Of a DNA stretch of 64,000 bases, positions 59,190 through 64,000 are shown in pieces. The notes beneath the pieces are model-generated. The model made no database searches and was not told the origin of the DNA. It saw only the letters and a list, made by a program, of their open reading frames with translations. The DNA lies in contig CBDATQ010000001.1 in assembly GCA_965199955.1 (NCBI GenBank), forward strand, positions 1,248,001 through 1,312,000, written 5' to 3'. This DNA is from Spirochaetia bacterium (GTDB taxonomy: Bacteria > Spirochaetota > Spirochaetia > SZUA-6 > Bin103). The translations under genes and the position numbers were made by a program. Numbering within the stretch: position 1 is the stretch's first letter; the number at the start of each line of letters is the position of its first letter.

Positions 59190-60742
59190 ATGCCACATAT
59201 TGACCAGGAACTAGACGAGGTATGGAACGCGCTGCGTGCGAGTGCAGGCCGGCGAGACGAAGCACTTGTGGAGGTTCGCATCACGAACCTACGAGGTATC
59301 GAGCACCTCCGGTTTCCCTTCAATTATCCTGTGTCGGTGCTCGCTGGCCCCAATGGTTCCGGTAAGTCAACGGTACTATTCGCTTGCGCTTGCGCCTACT
59401 CGTGTACCGGGACGCGATGCGCGGGAGTCCTCACCCAGCCGGCTGTTCCCCAACTTCACCAGCCGGCAGGCGTCCGTGCTATCGGACCGCGCACAGGAAA
59501 CCGAGCTTGAGTTTCATTACGTGCATGGGGGTGTGCGTCGCTTCATGACATGGCGGCGTGGCAGATCGTGGAGCCGCAAAGGAGACGGAAATGGCCATCC
59601 GGAGCGGCAAATATATCTGCGCACGCTCGCCAATCTTACCAGTCCTGCTGAGGTCAGAAGCATTCTGCAGCTCGGAAGAAAAGAGGTGCGGACTGAGAAG
59701 AGTCAGCGCCGAGTTACTGATATTCGCACATCGCGTGCTACCGTGGCGGTATCACAATGTGGATCTCATCAGTGGCCAATCGTCACGCGATTTGCTCTTC
59801 GCGGAGATCGATTCCGACGATGAAACACTGTACTCTGAATTCCATATGTCTTCGGGGGAACGAACAATAGTGCGCATTTCCAAGGATATTTCCGTTCTTG
59901 AAAACGCACTGGTCTTGATCGACGAAGTGGACACAGGGCTGCACCCCTATACCCAGAAGCAAGCGATGCTGGAGTTGCAGCGAAGCGCGCTGCGCCAGAA
60001 GCTGCAGATTATTGTCGCGTCTCACAGTTCCGTCGTGTTGGACAGCGTGCCCCCGGAGGCGAGGATATTTCTGGACCGTGACAGTAGAACGGGGCATGTC
60101 CGACTTGAGCCTCCTTGTCGCGATATCTTTCAGAAGGCGTTGTACGGACAATCGCAGGATAGGCTCTCCATACTGTGCGAGGACGTTGTCTCGGAAGGCT
60201 TGATCCGGGGTGTGTTGGACGTGTTGAATGTCGAGATTGGATTACGCCACGAAGACGTTGTGGTCGGCAGAAACACCGGTAATGCCGAGTTTCCAGCTCA
60301 CGTTCACGCGCTCGGAAAATTCAAGAAGCTCTCCGATTTCCTCGTCGTTCTGGACGGTGACGCGCGTGAAATGGGGAACAAACCAAAAGTCGTTGCGGAA
60401 GAATATGGCCATCGGCTGGAACCTCTTTTTCTACCGGGAGAGACGTCGCCGGAGCAGTGGTTGTGGAAGATCCTAAGCGCGCGACCAAACGACTACGCGG
60501 GAGCGTTCGGGCTTACGGTGGCCGACATGATATCGATGACCTGGAGAGTAGGTCAGCTTGTTGAGGGCGCCGTCAATCAACGCGATCAGGCGAAGGCGGC
60601 AGTGTCGGCGTTTGCGAAAGAGATAGGGCGAAAGGTTTGGGAGATCGCCCGGGATGTAGGTAGGAAGGAGGCGGAGAGTGGGAGCATCGCCGACTTCCGG
60701 ATGGCCCTGAGAGATCAGATCAGTTCATGGAGGCTCTATTGA
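59190..60742 (+). pseudogene. ABC/AAA_21 ATPase with C-terminal TOPRIM-like domain (OLD/PARIS-like architecture), two frameshifts
   Basis: Walker A GPNGSGKS, signature MSSGE, Walker B/D-loop LIDEVDTGLHP, ASHS, then ILCED and VLDGD; +1 shifts at ~59400 and ~59700. Confidence 0.75.
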
Positions 60743-61112
60743 GCCGCGGAATCCAGCGCGTCCCGTTTGAGACGTCGTAGGGACCGGAATTCGTCCGACG
60801 CGTCTCTGATGCGGGCGGAGGAGATGGACGCCAGCGCGAGAAGACGGACCCGACAGCGATGAACAGGCGGCGTTCATCCAATACGGTCGATCCGTGGCGC
60901 GCTGGGAACACGGCGGCCGCTTACGATTTACGATTCGCCGTTCTCCGGGCGACGATGTCGACGCTCTCTACATTGGTTGTCTTGCCGCACGTGTTTGCAC
61001 GATGAGATTGACGGTTGGCAAGTACGTCAGGGCGGAACGCTGAAAGCGACGGAATCCGCGATCATGTCCGGCTGGTGGCGAATGACGCTCGGGAGGCGTC
61101 GATGGTGGGCTG

Positions 61113-61511
61113 TCAACTCGTTCCTGTAGGCAGGGGAGGCGTGAACACGTAGTCGGGGTCGCGGCGCTGGCGCCACAGGATGGGGAGCATCTGTGCCCAC
61201 GACCGCCACAGGCCGCGCGTGGCGGGAGGCAGGTCGTCGGCGATCGCCTGCCGCAGCCTGCCGAGGTTGTAGAACGGGACGCTGGGTACATGTGGCGGTG
61301 AGTAAAGCACCACGGCCGTGCCGGTCACCGTCAGCAGGGCCAGGAAGCCGACGCAGTGCAGCAACGGGCGCAGCGTCCGGCGTTGCGACAGGGCGCGGAG
61401 CTCGGCGATGGGCAGCGGCGAGCGATACCACCGGATCTTCGGATTCGCGGCCCAGTCGTGCTCGACGGGAGCCGCCTGCGTGGCGAGTGCCTCGGGAGCG
61501 GTCGTGCTCAT
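61113..61511 (-). pseudogene. fatty acid desaturase-like gene, internally deleted
   Basis: N-terminal WYRSPL...LRAL..R plus first TM segment joined directly to C-terminal H...VPFYNL..L; His boxes lost; GGAGG RBS intact. Confidence 0.6.
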
Positions 61512-61527
61512 GGCACCGGTTCCTCCT

Positions 61528-62565
61528 TCAGTCGTTGAAGGTGCGCAGCGAGAGCCGCCCGTGGAGGTGGCACGCCACCTGGTGCGATGCGCTGCCGTCC
61601 GTGCCCGTCTCCACCAGCTCCGGCTGCTCCACGGTACAACGCGGTTCGCGGTAGGGGCAGCGGGGATGGAACGGACAGCCGGCCGGAAGCATGCCGTACG
61701 ACGGGCTCTCGCCCGCCTTGACCAGGTGCAGCTTGCGGGCGGTCGGGTCGGGATTGGGTGAGGAGGTGAGCAGCAGCTCGGTGTAGGGATGCTTCGGCCG
61801 TACGAAGATCTGGGCGCGGCTGGCCAGCTCCACGATGCGGCCCAGGTACATGATCGCCACCCGGTCGCTCAGGTAGCGCACCACCGCCAGGTTGTGGGCG
61901 ATGAACAGGTAGCTCATGGCGTGCCGGGCCTGCAGGCTGCGCATCAGGTTGAGGATCTGTGCCTGCACGGACACGTCGAGTGCCGAGACCGGCTCGTCGG
62001 CGATCACCACCCGCGGCTGGAGGATGAATGCGCGCGCGAACGCCAGCCGCTGCCGCTGGCCGCCGGAGAACGAGTGCGGGTAGCGGTTCATGTAGACCGG
62101 GTCGAGCTGCACCAGGCTCAACATCGCCGCCACCCGTTCCTTGAGCTCCGCGCCGTTTCGGGCCAGGCGGTTGTTGATCAGCGGCTCGCCGACGATGCGC
62201 AGCACGGTCATGCGCGCGTTGAGGGACGCGAAGGGGTCCTGGAACACCATCCGCACCGTGCGCCGCAGCGCGCGCAGCTCGGCGGCATCCATCTGCACGA
62301 TGTCGCGCGGCGGCGCGCCTGGCCGTGGCGTGTACCAGATTCGGCCGCCGGTCGGCTCCTCGCTGCGCACGATGCACAGCCCGGTGGTGGTCTTGCCGCA
62401 GCCGCTCTCCCCCACCAGCGCCAGCGTCTCTCCGCGCGCCAGCGTGAACGACATCCGATCGACAGCGCGAACCTCGCCCTGCCGGCGGCGCAGCAGGCCC
62501 GACTCCTTGGCGTAGCTCTTGCTGAGCCGCTCCGCCGCGATGATCGGCCCTTGCGCTGTACTCAT
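61528..62565 (-). CDS. peptide ABC transporter ATP-binding subunit (OppF-like)
   Basis: GESGCGKTT, FSGGQRQR, ADEPVSALD, GCPFHPRC. Confidence 0.93.
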   Translation of the reverse strand: MSTAQGPIIAAERLSKSYAKESGLLRRRQGEVRAVDRMSFTLARGETLALVGESGCGKTTTGLCIVRSEEPTGGRIWYTPRPGAPPRDIVQMDAAELRALRRTVRMVFQDPFASLNARMTVLRIVGEPLINNRLARNGAELKERVAAMLSLVQLDPVYMNRYPHSFSGGQRQRLAFARAFILQPRVVIADEPVSALDVSVQAQILNLMRSLQARHAMSYLFIAHNLAVVRYLSDRVAIMYLGRIVELASRAQIFVRPKHPYTELLLTSSPNPDPTARKLHLVKAGESPSYGMLPAGCPFHPRCPYREPRCTVEQPELVETGTDGSASHQVACHLHGRLSLRTFND

Positions 62566-63569
62566 CCGCCGCGGATCAGGCACGCCACCCGGTGGTCGGC
62601 CGCGACGGCCATCGTCGCCGGCGTGTCGCGATCGCAGCGCCCCGGCACGAACTCGTCGCAGCGGGTGTGGAACGGACACCCGGGCGGCATCTCGTACGGA
62701 CTCGGCACCATGCCCCGGATCGGCGCCAGCGCCTCGATCGGGCCGCTGAGGCGCGGGATCGACGCCAGCAGCGCGCGCGAGTAGGGGTGCTCGGGCCGCG
62801 CGAACAGCGGGCCGACCGGCGCCGTCTCCACCACCCGCCCGAGATACATCACCACGACGCGTTCGGTGACCTCGGCGATCACCCCCAGGTCGTGGGTCAC
62901 CAGGATCACCGCCATCTGCATGCTGCGCTGCATCTCCAGCATCAGGTTCAGCGCCTGCGCCTGCAGCGTCACGTCGAGCGCGGTGGTGGGCTCGTCGGCG
63001 ATCAGGATGCGCGGCTCGCAGGCCACGGCCATGGCGATCATCGCCCGCTGGCGCATGCCGCCGCTCAGGTTGTGCGCGTAGGCGGCCAGGATGTCGGGGT
63101 CGTGCAGACCGACACGGCCGAGCACGTCGAGTGCGCGCTCGTTTAACTCGCGCTGCCGGCGATGCCGCGGAATGCTCTGCGCCTCGTCCATCATCGCGAT
63201 CGCCTCGGTGATCTGGTTGCCGATGGTGTGCACGGGGCTGAACGAGGTCATCGGTTCCTGGAAGATCATGGAGATGTCGTTGCGGCGCAGCGCCTTCATG
63301 GTCTCGCTCTCGCGCGCTTCGCCGGTGATGGTCACCGTGCCGCCCGCGCCGTGGTAGCGGATCGTGCCGCCGGTCACCCGCGCCACCGGCGGCAGGATGC
63401 CCAGGATTGCCAGCGAAGTGACGCTCTTGCCGCAGCCGCTCTCGCCGATGATGCCGAGGACCTCGTTGCGGTGCAGGGCGAAGCTGACGCCGTTCACCGC
63501 CCGCACCGTTCCCTCCTTGGAGGGGAACACCACGTGCAGATCGTCCAGTTCGAGCAGCGGCGCACCCAT
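62562..63569 (-). CDS. peptide ABC transporter ATP-binding subunit (OppD-like)
   Basis: [34 protein letters not shown]. Confidence 0.93.
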   Translation of the reverse strand: MGAPLLELDDLHVVFPSKEGTVRAVNGVSFALHRNEVLGIIGESGCGKSVTSLAILGILPPVARVTGGTIRYHGAGGTVTITGEARESETMKALRRNDISMIFQEPMTSFSPVHTIGNQITEAIAMMDEAQSIPRHRRQRELNERALDVLGRVGLHDPDILAAYAHNLSGGMRQRAMIAMAVACEPRILIADEPTTALDVTLQAQALNLMLEMQRSMQMAVILVTHDLGVIAEVTERVVVMYLGRVVETAPVGPLFARPEHPYSRALLASIPRLSGPIEALAPIRGMVPSPYEMPPGCPFHTRCDEFVPGRCDRDTPATMAVAADHRVACLIRGG

Positions 63570-63571
63570 CG

Positions 63572-64000
63572 TCACACCTTGGAATAGGGATCTGCCGCGT
63601 CCCGCATGCCGTCGCCGATGAAGTTGAACGCCAGGATGGCGACCACCACGAAGAACGCTGGGATGAACAGCCACTGCGCCGCGATCAGGTTGCGCAGGTG
63701 GCGGCACTCCTGCAGCATCACCCCCCAGCTTATCGCCGGGGGCTGCAGTCCGAGGCCGATGAAGCTGAGCGCGGTCTCGCCCAGGATCATGCCGGGAATC
63801 GCCAGGGTGAGCTCGGCGATGGTGTGGCTCAGGAACGAGGGCAGCAGGTAGGAGAAGATCAGCTTGCCGTCGCCGACGTTGTCGAGGCGGGCGGCGCGGA
63901 TGTACTCCTCCCGCTTGAGCGCCATGAACTTGCCGCGCACGGTACGGCTGCCGCCGGTGACGACCCCGATCAACGCCAGGATCACCGTGATCAGCACGTA
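63572..64000 (-). CDS. peptide ABC transporter permease (OppC-like), 3' part; runs off window end
   Basis: EYIRAARL, ILGETALSFIGLG..PP.ISWG.ML, FNFIGDGMRDAADPY. Confidence 0.9.
   Translation of the reverse strand, partial: YVLITVILALIGVVTGGSRTVRGKFMALKREEYIRAARLDNVGDGKLIFSYLLPSFLSHTIAELTLAIPGMILGETALSFIGLGLQPPAISWGVMLQECRHLRNLIAAQWLFIPAFFVVVAILAFNFIGDGMRDAADPYSKV

Noticed and set aside
60743..61110. Small ORFs or att site at the right edge of the island
   Set aside because: No credible ORF, no integrase, and no direct repeat matching the left edge found by eye.

Overview
High-GC bacterial DNA, most consistent with a Spirochaetota genome: there is a spirochaete-style LysM protein and an 'LFAxG' signal peptide on a solute-binding protein. 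A host-associated (e.g. marine invertebrate) lifestyle is inferred, not shown. Most of the window is accessory catabolic genes (oxidoreductases, Fe/2OG dioxygenases, amidohydrolases, GGT, sulfatase, ABC parts), plus queF (partial) and glnE. Stand-out items: (1) a visibly AT-richer island (~54.5-61.1 kb) carrying a four-gene triceptide RiPP cluster. It has a YhhA-type precursor with core YDR-V-HNR-HNR-GR, a radical SAM/SPASM cyclophane synthase, a YhhC-type 2OG-Fe(II) oxygenase and a stand-alone aKG-HExxH protein, but no exporter or protease, and lies back-to-back with a frameshifted ATPase-TOPRIM defence-like gene and a deleted IS630. (2) An aryl-carotenoid operon crtY-crtT-crtU-crtV(DUF5914). 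(3) An IS1634 with perfect 12-bp TIRs and a 6-bp TSD. (4) Pervasive deletion-driven decay, with whole operons collapsed into colinear gene-fragment mosaics. (5) Four toxin-antitoxin loci, only one intact. No rRNA, tRNA or CRISPR array was seen. All family calls come from motif recognition by eye, without database searches.
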